A DNA stretch of 64,000 nt, from positions 735,545 to 799,544 of the forward strand of contig NW_003314351.1 in NCBI RefSeq assembly GCF_000143415.4, given 5' to 3'. Below the pieces are notes generated by a model. The model worked only from the letters and a program-made list of their open reading frames with translations, was not told the DNA's origin and did not search any database. Of this stretch, positions 37,986-52,048 are shown piece after piece. This DNA comes from Selaginella moellendorffii. Taxonomy: Eukaryota; Plantae; Lycopodiophyta. The position numbers were made by a program, and so were the translations under genes. How positions within the stretch are numbered: the stretch's first letter is position 1; each line of letters starts with the position of its first letter.

Positions 37986-38599
37986 ATCAAGCTCTCCAAT
38001 CCAGTGTTCAGGTAGCATTTTCTCTTTTTTATTTTGTAGTTGTAAGATCCAGTTTTGACTGTGTTTTTTCTCTTTTCTCTCCAGTTGCAGGGGATTGCCA
38101 TGAGCATCAAGGGCAGAGCCTAGGATCTGCGTTGGTTGGCTCTGGGATCACATTGCTTCTGGACACGTTTAGTTTATGAGAGAATGATGGCAACTGTGTT
38201 AAAATCAAATAAATTGCGAAGTTCACATTTCTGATGTTGTGGTTGAAGGGGATGTTATTTCCTCTGATCACTTGTCACAATATTTCCCAGAATCTTAAAA
38301 CGGTTATGAAAACGAAGTATGATGGCTTTTCACATATCTGAGGGTTTTATGTTGTCACTGCACAGCATTGGGAATGAAAGACGGAGAGTGAGCTCCTTGA
38401 AAAAACCGTTTTCTTAAATTTGGTACACAAATCTTTTGTTTTAGATACACCATTGTTGCTTGATTCTTCATTTATGTTAAGTTTCTTTCTTGCAGGTGGA
38501 GACATTCGGATGAATTCTGGCGTTTATAGGTACCTAGGTACCAAAAAGAAAATTCTATGTTTGCAGCATTTACAACCATCCTTTCTTTGTGATTACAGA

Positions 38600-38852
38600 A
38601 CTCCATGGCGGCAGCTGCAGTGCCGAGCTGCGTGATGGCCGCCAGCATCGCATTCTACAGCACGACGCTGCAGTGCAGCAATCTGCTCGGAATGGAATCA
38701 AAGACACGCCGCGCATCGTCAAGATGCCCGTGCTGGGCATATGCCACGATCATCACGCTCCAGGACGCCAGAACCAAGTGATCGATCTGGTGGAAGATCA
38801 TCCTTGCGCTTTGGAGATCCCCATTATCCGCGAACGCCTGGAGCAGAAACTC
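38600..38852 (-). pseudogene. PLS-class PPR fragment (missed by the ORF track)
   Basis: Minus strand FLLQAFADNGDLQSARMIFHQIDHLVLASWSVMIVAYAQHGHLDDARRVFDSIP..VVL*NAMLAA. Confidence 0.85.
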
Positions 38853-41679
38853 TGACTCTTACTTGTACGGTATCGCATTAAAAAAATATTCTGTGTTTGC
38901 AGCTTTTACAACCATCCTTTCTTTGTGATTACAGAGTGGGACCTCTTTTTTTTCAGAAAAAAGCTTGATTTTTCACTTATGTTAAGTTTCTTTTTCGCAG
39001 GTGGAGACATTTGTATGATTTTAGTGTTTACAGGTACCAAAAAAATAATTTTTTGTTTGCAGCATTTACAACCATCCTTTCTTTGTGATTACAGATTTGG
39101 GACCTCTAATTTTTTCAGAAAAAGTCGGTGTATGATTTTGGGATACAGGAAATTATCGTGTTTTTTATGTTTTGCTATCAGCGCTGAAGCAAGTTCTTGT
39201 GAAGCAAGTTCAGGGTATGTTTTTGTGTCATAGCTTTTAATGGTGGTATAATGGCTCTCTGGAAATACAATTGTAGAGCCGATTTTATGTTACAGGTAAG
39301 TCGGAAACACAGCAGCAGCAGCAGCACCATCACCAGCTAGATGCATTAAAATAAAATAAACGATAGATGATGAGAAAACGCAGTTGCAAAAGAAATGCTC
39401 GGAATTGTTGCCGAGTGATAAAAAAAACACCACAGATGCAGGTTAGTATGCATGTCCTTTCAAAAAAGTTCCTTATGTTAATTAACAGATAGATGCATGA
39501 AAATTAACAGATAGACTTCCTTGCCAGATTGTCCACCAAGCCATTTTGCTGTGGAGAAGCAAAAAGTTATCTTTACAGTTAAAGCTACACTAATTTTTTG
39601 AGTTTGACAAAGATGCAGAGCACAAGATGGAGGCTTTAACTGATGCAACCTCAAATATGTCGAAAATGCAAGAGAGTGCTCGAACGATACAGGTATTGCT
39701 CAAAAGAAAAAAACAATGTGCTGCTTCTCCAGGTACTCTAACATTCAAGTGAATCCAAGGTGCCTTGCGAGGTTTCTCCAGTCCAGTGAAGCTAATCAAT
39801 GGCCTCGTGATCAATACAACAGAAACCAGTGAGCTTTGTTTTTTAAAAAAAGGACTAACATTGTGATGGTTCTTCAGGCATGTGTTTTGCATTCTAGCAA
39901 ATCCAGGATGGCTGTTTATTGCAAGTCACACACACCTCACAGATGCACAGTAAGTTTTTCTAGCACACACTCACTCGCTAATGCATCCCATCTCTGTGGG
40001 CGTGTGTCTGAAACCAGAGAGATGGCCACAGAGATGGGATGTGGCCGTGTGTTTGAATCCAACTGTGTTTCAGGGAAGAGGAACGTTAGCTCCAAAAAAA
40101 GAAAAAAAAAACGAGCAAAAGGCCCTTCCTGTCTGTCATTTTTGGAACAGTTCGACAGTGACACTGATGAAAGTGAAGTGACAGTTGGTATGGTTTGGCA
40201 GCTTCAATAAAATCCACTAAAAGATGAGAGGTCAATGGTGGATGATGAACGGGTAAGGAATCCTTGAGTTGGATTTAATGAACTTCTCATTTCTTCTGGC
40301 CTTTGCAGCCATAAAAAACCATGAAGGACGTTACGCTCTCCAGGGCCATCAGGCACACCAACACTCAAGAGTACCTTAGCATGCAGGATCTCGATATATC
40401 CCATATCCACTGTCGCTGAAAAGCAATGCGGTTGTTTCCTCAAATCAGAAACTAAGGACTCTTACTTTATCAAAAACTTGTATTCTATTGAATATGTTAG
40501 TATTTAGAAAAAAAATCAGCCATTTGTTTCAGATTGTGAAGGCAATTTTTGGATTTGGCATCCTTATATACTGGATGTTGAAACAGAAGAGAAATATAGC
40601 AGGTAATTTTAAGGTACAGTGGTTGTGAAATATTTATCCCTTAAATTACAGACGTGATAAAGGAGAACTTCTGCAAGGAAATAAATCAAAACTTGAGGCT
40701 TTTGATTTGGTCTCAAGACATCATGCATGGACGTCTTTACCAGAAATTAAACAGGGAGATACAGAAATGTATTACAAGGCTATCAAAAGCTTTCCATTTG
40801 ACGGTATGATACTTTGTGGTTACCCTATGTACTCATCCAAATGTTTTTAAAATGTAACTCACAAAAAAAACGAACAAACTGAGGCCAGTGCTCTACAAAC
40901 TCGATTTGCTGAGCTATTCAGAATGAGTAGATGACATCTGAATTGACTCCTTTTTGAAGACTTTACAGAGATCAAAAAAATTACTATTTAAAAAACTCTG
41001 ATACCTAAGACTTAATAGCCCTTAGCACCGTGTTGAAACTTGAAGTCCTTCTAATCAGAAACTTATTCCGGTTTTAAAGTTCTTTTAGATTAAAAAAAAG
41101 GTGTTTTAGTCTATACAAAACCACTGTTTACAGTGTTTAGTTTTTGGACTTTGAGAAGCTAGAACTCTTCTCCTGTTGATTCTGGTATTTCACAGATATA
41201 GCATGTCCACTCTCAAGACGACAAACAAGCTTTGTGATGGCTTTTTGTGATGCCTTGCCTGCTCAAGCTCCAACGCATGTTGTTGGTCCCACACCTAAAG
41301 CGAGCAGTGGCCAATGCATCCCTGGAGCTTCCCTGGGAGCTTTGATGAAGATCCACACCACTTGGAACTCCTTGTCCTTCACAATCAAACGAACAGAGGC
41401 GTCTGTGTTGTGTGCGGTGAAACATATATCTTGCAAACTATTTTTTGTTCTTGGCTACCTCCAAGCTCCAAGTTCCAGGAATCAAACGAATCCTGTTTGA
41501 CACTTTTGCTCCTCGTTCCTGTGCGCTTAGCTCTCCTTCCCATAAGGGCAGTCTTTTGTGACAGGACCTTTACCGTTTTCCTTTACCGCATGAAAGAACA
41601 TAACTATACACACCTTAAACAAATGTTCTGGATATTTATTTCTCACTTATTTTTGGAACGCTGATTGTGCCATCTTAGC

Positions 41680-42240
41680 CGCTCTTGACAAAGGAATTCT
41701 CGCTAACAGGCAAGTTTCCAGCGAGTGTTTTGGAATCCAATTGAGTAGTCGGCAAAACTCTTGTCAACATGTATGGAAAGTGTGTAAAACTCGAGCTTGC
41801 GAGGGATTTCTTCGAGAGAATGCAGGACACAGACGCGGTGTCATGGAACACCATGATCGCTGGTTACTTCCTCTACAACCATAACGTCAAGGCTCTGGAG
41901 CTATTTAAGTTGATGGATCTAGAGGGCGTTGGAGCGACGAAGGCGACCTTTGTGACAATGCTAGATGCTTGCTGGAGACTGGATCAGACGAGAGTGATCC
42001 ACGAAGCTGTGAGAGATAGTGGCGTGGAGATCGACAAGGTCTTGGGGAGAGCTCTTATGAACGCGTACAGGGCCTGTGGAAGCCTGGACGAAGTGAGACA
42101 AGCTTTTGATCAAGTCTCTTTCTCTTCCGGTGGCTACAGTGCTCTTCTTTGGAATGGGCTGCTGTCCTCTTTCTCTTGCTGTGATGACGATCGCTCGGCT
42201 GCCAGAGTATTCATTCATATGCAACTCGAGGGTATCCAAG
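41680..42240 (+). pseudogene. PLS-class PPR fragment truncated by Helitron sequence
   Basis: LVNMYGKC..ARDFFERM..DAVSWNTMIAGY..ALELFKLMDLEGV..TFVTMLDAC..ALMNAYRACGSLDE; from about 42235 the sequence matches the Helitron subterminal region at 48497. Confidence 0.9.
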
Positions 42241-44808
42241 ATAAATAGATCTTCTTTTCTAATTTTAGAATGTTAGAAATTTTTATTGTATAAATGTTAA
42301 ATTTATCTCAACTTTGCTACTATTCATCTCCAGAGTAATACTTTGCTCTAATAATGCAATTAGATAATAATGCATGTGTTGGGGAAGATAAAATCATTTT
42401 TTTATCATCATGAAATTTAAATTTGAGTTTGTTTTTATTGCCTTTTCAAAAAGGTGCACAACCCTAAACACATTCACAAGATTGCTGCCAACCTTTAAAA
42501 AAAATTGAGTTTTCACAAAATCAAAGAATTATACCAAAGAATAATAGGTTTTATAACTGGTTTGGTGAAGTTATAGATTTAATTGTGTACTGAGTTAACT
42601 TCTTTATTACCTGAATTGTAATGATGCTTTTAAAATTCATAGTTTACTAAAGAATAATAGAATTTCTATTATGTATCTCATTTTGCATTTAAAAACATAC
42701 ATAAGAAAATTTATCCAGATTTCTACCACATTTATATTAAACCTCATAAACTGGCAATAGAGAATAGTTCTAGACATATTGAGAAATTATAAATTGACCA
42801 AACCTAAGAAATGTAGAATAGTTACTTGCAACATAAGAAGATAATGTAATTTTTCTATAAAAGTTTTAATTATGCAATACTCTAAAAGCAATATTCAAAC
42901 TATAGTTATATGGTGAGTGAGAACCACCAAATTCTTTATACATTTTATATACATAAAAGAAAAACTGTCCCTTATTTGCTATTACTTGTGCCAAAAGTTT
43001 TGTTTTATTTGGGTATGTATAAAGGATCTAAAAATCTGCTGGTGCTTCTTTTTTACTTTTTTGCTAGTGTATTGACAGGCTTTTATTTTTATATAATAGA
43101 TAAATAATCTCCAAGGCTAATTGTGCGAATGTAGAAATAATACTGTGCCATGACAAATCATGGAAGATGAGGAAAGATAAAGTAAAATATCAAAGCTCTA
43201 GTTTACCATCCACCTGGAGATATAAAATTTTTTAATATTAATACTATTATGTATTTCAAAAGAGTAGGAACATCTTTATATTTTATTTCTTGCTTCAAAT
43301 ACCAAATCCATTATCTGGTTCTGAACTAATAACCTTCTACAAGCCTAATATGAAATTATTATATTTTAATATTCAAATTCACTACTTGAGCTCTGCATTA
43401 TGATTAAACTCGCTAAGTAAGTTTATACAAATTGCTACCATATTTATATTAAACCTCACGAAAATAGAGAATGGTTCTTAGTATCTAATAAGTATAAACT
43501 ATCTCATATACATACAAATATGAAATCCATTTCATAGTAATATCTCAAAAAATATCTACCTCTTATATATTTTCTATTAATCTTCTTGCTCATAACATTA
43601 TTTAATTTTCAGCATCTTTACATAGGTTTTATCTTTAGTTAAAATACTGACACATATTTTATATAAATATTTTGTTATTGCTCTAGATTTTCTCTGAAAT
43701 TGTATTATGTCAATCCCTCAGAGTTGTTACCTAAGCATGACTAAAATATCCAGTTTTTTCATAAGGGTAAGTTAAGTTTAAATGAAATACAGAAGTTAAT
43801 TGTTTCCAAATAGAGCACAATTATTTGCAAGATCCTCTGGAAAAGATAGAGAATAACTTTTTTTTAAAATATAAAATATTAATACACCTCAAAACCTTTC
43901 CAACCAGAACATGCTTTAGTATTAGATCAAGAATGTGTAATACATTTTGCAACACTAAGATTACTATGAAAATTAAATGATGAAGAGACAAAATACTTGT
44001 GAAAGAAAAACTTAAAATAAGGAGAAGGAAAACTTGAAGAAATACAAGTTTAAAATACTAAAAAGTCTGGTTTATATGAACTTCTTAGTAAAAGTGATTA
44101 GGCTATAATGTAGTAGAAAAGATCTCAAATAAATATCCAGATTGCTAGGAATAATGTTAAAAATAATAAACCATACTTCATTAATATTATAATTAGGTGA
44201 TATCATGCTAGTAAGCTCTATATGCAAGTTATGATTTCAAACACATTAAAATTTTTTGAAACTTTTAACAATTTTCTTAAAGATTGTCTCTAGCCAAACA
44301 TTAAAAATCATATATCGCTAAAAATCTTGAAACTTTAATATTATAAATACCATAATAATTAATTTTTCAATACTACTTATTATTTAGCAAATAATATAAA
44401 GAAGGACATGATTATAAACATACTAACATCTGACCCATTGATATGTTCATAGTAATATTATTATATTTTTTATATAGTACATTATTGAACATTTTGAAGT
44501 AATTAATCATTATATAATGAAACATGAGGTTATTTTATTTTGTATTTACATTGTTGTATCAACCTATCATTTGTGAATAAAATATTATTGGTGCATTTTA
44601 TCCTCTGTAATTCGTCATTATCTTATTTTAAAAATTAGAATGCTGGAATCTAAATTTTAAAGAATAGAAAATAAGCATAAATTTATGTCTAATATATTAT
44701 AATAGAAATAATTAATATAGTTTAATAAAAGTAATATATCATTATATACATGTAATACAAATAAAGTTATTTATTATAAAATAACAACTATAAAAAACAA
44801 ATAGATTA

Positions 44809-45116
44809 AAAATTTATATATATCACTAAATATTTGAATAAAAAGTAAAAAATAAACTAATTTCTAATATTTGTAATAATATTTCTTTCAAACTTTCTTC
44901 CATTTTCTTAACAGCAAATCCATTATCTGATGTTTAAGTAAAAAACTTTCTAATAAAAACTATAAAATAATAATAAAAATTTATATATGTCACTAAATAT
45001 TTGTTTAAATAGTAAAAAATAAAGTAATTTCTAATATTTGTACTATAATGTCTTTCAAATTTTCTTCCATTTTCTCAACAGCAAATCCATTATCTGATGT
45101 TTAAGTAAAAAACTTT
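44809..45116. repeat. AT-rich ~165-bp tandem duplication
   Basis: 44809-44949 repeated at 44976-45116. Confidence 0.85.
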
Positions 45117-45559
45117 TACTGGTTTTAAATTGTAAATTGTTAATTTTCAATATACAAATTCACTTTTTTGTACTTGGTTACAATATTTCTACATTTTTTC
45201 ATATGGTAAAACCAGTTTTTAACACTTTCATTTCATGTGCACTATCTAGATACTTTTAATTAGGAAATGCTAATGTCTAGCAATTTCTAATCAACACACT
45301 ACGTGAACCAAAATCACTAGAAGTATTATATCTGTAAATTTTTTTATTTTGGAAATAATATTTTATGCATAAATTTTATGATGGTATGAAAATATTTATA
45401 TTATTAAGTGGACTTAATATATATAATCAAAGCAGGAATATTATTTATAGAACTTCACACAAACTATAAGAAAATATAAAAGTATTTTAATATTATAGAA
45501 TTAAATACAGAAAGTATGATGGTGTTCACTTTTGAGGGATTTCTTTGATAGCGGAGTTA

Positions 45560-45900
45560 ATTTTAAGTTAGTTAAGCTGGCTTCAACACCAACACTTTCC
45601 ATTTCACGGTAAACCTGCGCTATAACCGAGTTACTCCAACAAAGGACAGGACCAAAATATCTTGCTTGACAGATAAGATCCATCTTAAGAGCTGTTGAAC
45701 AATGTTGAGATTAGTGTAGTACAAATCATGCAGTCTGGCTTACAACCAGCTTGTTTCAGCACCTAAAAAGCTCCAAAAACCCTAAACCTGGCATATCCCA
45801 TGTCATGTCAAAACAAGTACTTCAAAAACTTAAAACAATGCTTAATACCATTCACGTTGCAGCAGACTGAAAGAAGCATATTATACCAACAGTCCCTTTG
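45560..45900 (-). pseudogene. P-class PPR fragment, MRL1-like
   Basis: Exon pieces NMLLSVCC, VLKQAGCKPDCMICTTLIST and VYREMESVGVEA resemble MRL1 (EAGLKADCKLYTTLIST..VFHEMVNAGVEPN). Confidence 0.55.
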
Positions 45901-47392
45901 CATAATCAACCTATGTACTCGACATAAACCATGGAGCCTATAGGTGGCCTGTCGCAAGTCATCTCTTCTCCTCCAGTAATCCTGCTAAGCAATAAACAAC
46001 AAGTAAGCAATGCAAAGCTTACGCCATATCATTCACTGTTAACTTTCACAAAGGCTAGCTTAGATGCCATGCTTGGCAGACTCTGAATCATGTAAATATG
46101 TGGTAGTTATTCTCTCTGTCCCAGTAGAGAATTTTCTCCTCTTTAGTGCTACTGATATCAGATATAAAATCAGGTGTGTGTGTGAGACAGAATTTACAGT
46201 GGATTGCCACTTCACTCTTTTGTTTTTTTTTTTTTTCTCATCAAGAACATTTTACTCTTCCCTCACTGCACCAAAAAGGCTTGCAATTTTCAAAAGCAGC
46301 GTGTGAAGGTACAGTTGAATACCCGTTCTTTGTGTGGGTGGCAACAGTGTGATAATGTGCGTAAGCATCCCCCCAGAGAGGAGTGCCTCCACCCACTAGG
46401 TCCTGGTGGTTCCACAGCGCCCTGCAGGGAAGACCTCCCTCATTACACACACAATTTTTTTTTTAACCTTGTAAACAATCAAAATGTCTAACTTTGTAAA
46501 ATTAGAAAAGAAGATCTATTTATCTTGGGTAGGCTATATCTCCCAGCGGAGCTGGGGTCTCTGCTATAATAGTACTACACAATAGGAATAAAGCAGGTAG
46601 GTAAAGAACAAAAACAAGTGCCCACACCTGGACATATTCCATAGCAAGGAAAAAAGCTATTTTGATTCACTAAGATTAAGGTACAGTTCAGTATAGTACT
46701 TTTTTCTTTTATAAGTACAGAATTTTTTAAACTCTTACAGATTCGAAAATTCGTGGCNNNNNNNNNNNNNNNNNNNNNNNNNNNNNNNNNNNNNNNNNNN
46801 NNNNNNNNNNNNNNNNNNNNNNNNNNNNNNNNNNNNNNNNNNNNNNNNNNNNNNNNNNNNNNNNNNNNNNNNNNNNNNNNNNNNNNNNNNNNNNNNNNNN
46901 NNNNNNNNTCGGACCCATATCTCGTTACCCATTATACATTTAGCATTGACCATTGAGCATCATAGACCAAAAGAAGAAAAACAAGAAGAAAAAGAAGGGC
47001 AAGAACATCGTGAAGAAGAAGAAAAAGAAAAGGCTTACGAAACAGAACAAAGTGAAAGCTTGGAAATGGAATAGAAAATGCAGCCTACAGACATATGTCC
47101 TTTCAGAACCTTTCTTTAGTTGGTTGAATTTTCCTATTTCTTGTACAGAGGTTGAACTTCGTCAAATTCTGAGCGCTAGCTTCCCTGTATTTGGACCATG
47201 TCAAAGGATTTCTTAAGGATGGAAACACTTATCAGAGGCAGCAGACACGGTTTATGACAACTTAACTTGGATTATAAGAGCCTTGTATCAGTGGCCCATT
47301 TCATCACAGAACGATTGCTCATCTTCGGATCATCGATCACTGCCAAGAAAATTCGACGAGGAAGAAGACATGCCAAGCTGCAATACCTGAGG

Positions 47393-47815
47393 ATGGGAAG
47401 TTGGAGAGGGAACATTTTGGTTTTGCTTCTGCTGTCTTTGAGCTTGGGCGTTTTGGCTCATGATGAGAGTGGAGTACACAAGAATGGCTACCACAGTTAC
47501 TCGAGATCCTGTACTCAAGCCGAGAGGATCATCAGGGACACCCTTAGCAAGCACACCGATTGGGAGAGGACGATACCAGCAGGAGTTCTTCACTTGCACT
47601 TCCACGACTATTTCATCAACAGGAGAGCTTTGCAAGATTTGAATTCTGGTCTGCTAACTTTGCTGTTCTTCAGGATCGGTTCTTCTTGACTCACCCACTG
47701 ATGGAAGTACAGTGTAAAAATTGTCCCTTCCAAGCTTCATGTCCACCAAGAGCTTCGTTTTTTTTATCCCTGCGCTGACACTCTAGCCATAGCTGCCAGA
47801 GATTCAACCGTCATG
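47393..47815 (+). pseudogene. Class III peroxidase exons 1-2 fragment
   Basis: Signal peptide; YSRSCTQAERII..AGVLHLHFHDYFIN; GSVLLDS; CADTLAIAARDST|gtaag. Confidence 0.9.
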
Positions 47816-48459
47816 GTAAGTTTAGCATCTTCTTAGAAACACTGGATCAAATTCTAAGATGGAGAGGAAAGTATTACCAAGTCCCAACTGGACGTTACAA
47901 CAGAAGAGTTCCCATCCAGGAACGTGGCAACACCTTATAATCTCCGTTGAGAATGTGTCAGTTCTCATTAAACAAACACTGGATATTTTGATCGGCTCCA
48001 AAACTGTAAAACAGCTGTAAATCACAAAATCTTTGGATTGTACTCCACACAGACCATTGCAAGAATACAGCACTCATATATTCTCTGCCTTTCAATTCTT
48101 TAACGATAGAAAACTGCAACAGAACGACATTGCATTAGTTTTAAAAAGAAAGAAAAAAAGTGATTACAAATTCACTGTACCTAGCTTCAAATTTCATTAC
48201 ACAAGATCTGCAAAGAACTGCAGGATCTTGCTTGATAAATTCAGTTTCCTTCATAAACCTAAAATTTCCAAAGCTACAAATCTAGAATTCAAGAGGCACC
48301 ACTGTTTTTGCCACCATGTAACGATCTTCACCATTCTTTTGGAGCATCACAGATTTAGTCCATCTGATTGGGAGCATCCACCATAAGAAAAAATGGATAT
48401 TCTAAAAATGGAATATGTGATGCCAATGCCAAAATAGCAACTTTAAATAAAGAGTTTGA

Positions 48460-48935
48460 CTAGTAGAGATCCCAGCTCCGCTGGGAGATACAGCATACCC
48501 AAGATAAATAAATCTTCTTTTCTAATTTTACAATGTTATAAATTTTGATTGTATACAATGTTAAATTTATATAAATTTTACTACTATTCATCTCCAGAGA
48601 AATGCATAATAATGCAAGTGTTGGGAAAATAAGGTCATTTTTAATCATCATTAAATTTGAATTTGAATTTTTTATTGAAAGGTACAAAACCCTAAAAACA
48701 TAAACAAGATTGCTGCCATGCTTTAAAAGTAATTGAGTTTTCACAAAACTGAAGAATTATAGACTACCAAAAAATAATAAGTTAGTTTGGAGAAATTATA
48801 ATTTTAATTGCATACTGAGCTAAATTTATTTTATCTCAACTCTAATGATGCCTCTAACTTGCATAGTTTTCTAAAGAATAATAGAATATTTATTATGTGT
48901 TTGGTTTTACATTTAAAAATAGACATAAGTAAATC
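48460..48935 (-). mobile_element. Helitron 3' end and subterminal region
   Basis: CTAG at 48460-48463 plus hairpin TCCCAGCGGAGCTGGGA; subterminal sequence repeated at about 42235-42700 and inverted near 46490-46557. Confidence 0.8.
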
Positions 48936-48949
48936 TATGTCTATCTCTG

Positions 48950-49273
48950 AATCTCTGGAAAGAGATGTCCTCTCTGCACCAAACAAGATAAGCCACTCTA
49001 CGTTTACTTCATTCTCCTGTATATCTGATAGCTCAGATCTCCATGGAACAGAACAGGCAGCTCCTCCCTGAAAGTCTTGATGGCATAGCCTACATTGACA
49101 TGGTAATCCAGACTTCCTTCCTTGCTCTTTGCTACTAATGGATCCTCTACTTTGCTATTCAGCTTGGTCGAGAGATTGCAATAATGCACTTGAAGAGGTT
49201 GCTTGAATCTATCTCTGCTGCTATATGCCAGGCTCGGCACTACCTCTAACGGAAGCAGCTCACTACACACCAT
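48950..49273 (-). pseudogene. DUF2358 (NTF2-like plant protein) fragment
   Basis: YHVNVGYAIKTFREELPVLFHGDLSYQIYR..EDISF. Confidence 0.7.
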
Positions 49274-51395
49274 CTTGTCAAGTTCGCTGCAAACTGAATA
49301 TTGTCTTTCTCAGTCAAGCTGATTTCTTCCAGTTCTTCATGCCAAACAATGGTATGGCACTCTTAAGTTTGAGGTAAAAAGCTTTCACATATTGTTTGTA
49401 GCCAAACTGAATGCATTTTCATGTGCAATGGCTCAGTGACAACAAGCTGGATCCCATTCTAGAGTCACTGGCCAAGCTACCTTGGTTGACTTGCACAGGC
49501 TTAACCTCAGCGAGTCCATCTATCCACTGGCAAGTTCTCAGTGTTGAGAATAGCGAGCCAAGTGGCAGTGACTGAAGAGGTGAGTTTTCTATTTTTGATG
49601 CTTTTAGCTCCCCGGCAAACATCTGTATTCTCTTTTCTTCTTCTCTAGATTACTGACAACCTTGCTTGGAATGTATTACAGTCATACACATTGGAGATTA
49701 AGTTTCTTGAAGCCCTCTGATGCTTCAAACAAAAGGCAAGCACTGCCACCGTCAAGCATACATGACAATTGGCTTCAAGAAGATGATGTCTAGGTTTATG
49801 AGTTTTGCAGTTGTCAATTTTGCAACTGTTCTTGGCTCTTCTGTATCTGCCAAGTGAGTATTTCCGAGCTATGACTCGATTTCTGATGTGCAAGCATGTG
49901 AAGCTTTTATGCAGTTTTGGTCAGAGTCTAGAACAATTCACTGGATCTTTGCACGGAAACACGGGGAACATTCGAAATAACCCAGCACTTGAGGTGATAT
50001 GCTCATTAACGTTTGTGATTTGTTTATCTCAAGGCATCTTTTTTTAGGCACTTCGAGCGTTGACTTACACGGGAACTTTCATTGGTGGGGGTAACGATTC
50101 TAGCAAAGAAGGCTCTGGAAGAAGCTTATATTACGAAGCAGATGATCTGTTTTCAGACCTCTTGAAAGATGAAAATGAAGGCTCAGCATTAACAAGAAGT
50201 GACTATATCGCTTTTAAGGTTACAAAGGTCCATCTTGCAGGAACATCATTGGTTGTATCCTGGAATGAAGGCTACGTTGGAAGCCGCAATGGGGTACATG
50301 CTTTAAAAATGTTCTGAAGTCTATTTCGACGTTGCATTGCAAGATGTGAGCGATTGTAAGTTCCAAACCTTTGCATTTAATCCGCTGCTCTTTGTATGTT
50401 TAGCACTACTGCACTCTTTTACCTATGGTCTTCTTCAGAATCAATGCCTTGTTTCCGGATAAGGCATTTTCAATCGAGGTAAGTAGCTTTAGTTTACTCA
50501 TAAGCTGACTCATGTCTTAAATCAGGTCCAACAAACGTGTTGTCAGTTTGTGCACACTTTCTTCAAGAAATCTCCTCAATTCACTGCTCTTTTGAAGGTA
50601 AGCGTTTCTTATCTATTTGAAGTTGTTATCCCAAAAGAAGTAAAAACATTGCAGAAGCCCATCACCAGTCAACCTCAAACAAGTGACAGTAAAGTTCGAT
50701 GGATTTCACAATGTTTGAGTGTTAAACTTCTATTACATTTACTAGACTGAGCTTCCTTTGCAACTACGCTGAGTGGTTGGAGACCATGGGGGTGGTGGTA
50801 CTTGTTTCAAGGATGGTGTAAGAGAGCTCTTTGAAACTCTGGAGTTGGTTCTCTACAAAAACCTCTTCTTATGGTAATCGAAGTTTCTCACTGTTTATGT
50901 TGTGTCTAATCTTCACAAACATTCAGGCATAAAACTTCTGCCATCTCGGCCCAGTCCCGGCTGCTATTTTTTGTCATAACCGCCATAGCAAAGCTTGCAA
51001 TGTGACATCAAGAGCTCTTGCCTAGAGCTCGAGTGCTAAGGTTTGTTTTTTTTTTTTTTGTCTTCTCTAAGGAACTTTCTTGAGTTTAACTTGCTGTTCT
51101 TGATGAAGGTGGCACAATCACATCAACTACTCAAAAAGACTGTCTGGAGAAGAATTGAAGATCACCAATGCTGCCTACGACTGAGTCCCTGGAGTGGAGA
51201 AGCTGGTGATGAATACAAAGATGGACCTTGCCTTGCAGCTTATACAGCATGAGAGCCCGAGAGCTTGCTACATTACTACAAGGCCATGGAGCTGTCCACA
51301 AAGTTCAATTTGTTTCTCACATGTTCAAGAAGATTTGGCCCCCCGTCGATCACAACATGGTCAGATGCTACCAGCATTTTGGACAAATATTCATA

Positions 51396-51753
51396 GGTTA
51401 TACTTCCCATCAAAGGATCAACTACAAGGAAATAAGTTCAAGAAAAACAAAGAGAAAACTCACAAGGATCTGGCTCACCCAGCAATGCACAAATCAAAAC
51501 AAAACTTTGGAAATTGTAAGAGCTGGACTTTAATTCTCCTTGAGAGTTTTCAAGAATGTTTCAGTGATAGATTCACGTTTTAAACACCACCTACATTTTC
51601 CAACGAGAGATAAGATCTTTGAATTCTTCCTCCTTTCCACATTATCTTGAGAGGCTTTAATGGATAATTTCTGGGGAGGCTAATGTTGACCTTATAAAAG
51701 GATCCTATGAAATCAAGAAGAATTTCTTCAAAAGTTGAGAATTGAGCTAAGAA
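51396..51753 (+). repeat. ~360-bp segment inverted-duplicated at 53323-53683 (LINE-like remnant)
   Basis: Reverse-complement match; the minus copy extends into STDDKLFF..PVNLTRS, reminiscent of a non-LTR RT. Confidence 0.7.
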
Positions 51754-52048
51754 GTCTACCCGATGCATTGACAATTGTGGAGACCCACTCATAGCAATTA
51801 TTGGCCTTTGGACTGGCAAAGCAATTCTCTAGTGGATCTCTATGAGCTCCTTCTGGATCTGCTTCGCCCCACTGTGCCAAACCACTCATAACCTTTTGGA
51901 GTAGATTGTAAATCAGCTGTTTACAAACATTTTTAATTCATTAATGATTTTATTAATATTAATATTGAATTAATTAATTAATTATAATTAAATATTAAAT
52001 TAGCTGATTCTGCTAATTTACAATCTTTTATTTCTATCCACTCAAAAC

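Larger units (their letters stand above)
36631..46566 (+). mobile_element. Putative ~10-kb gene-fragment-carrying Helitron
   Basis: Starts TC(TTTCTATATTTAAA) right after a CTAG; ends near hairpin TCCCAGCGGAGCTGGGG (46541-46557) with degenerate CTAT; mosaic interior. Confidence 0.5.
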
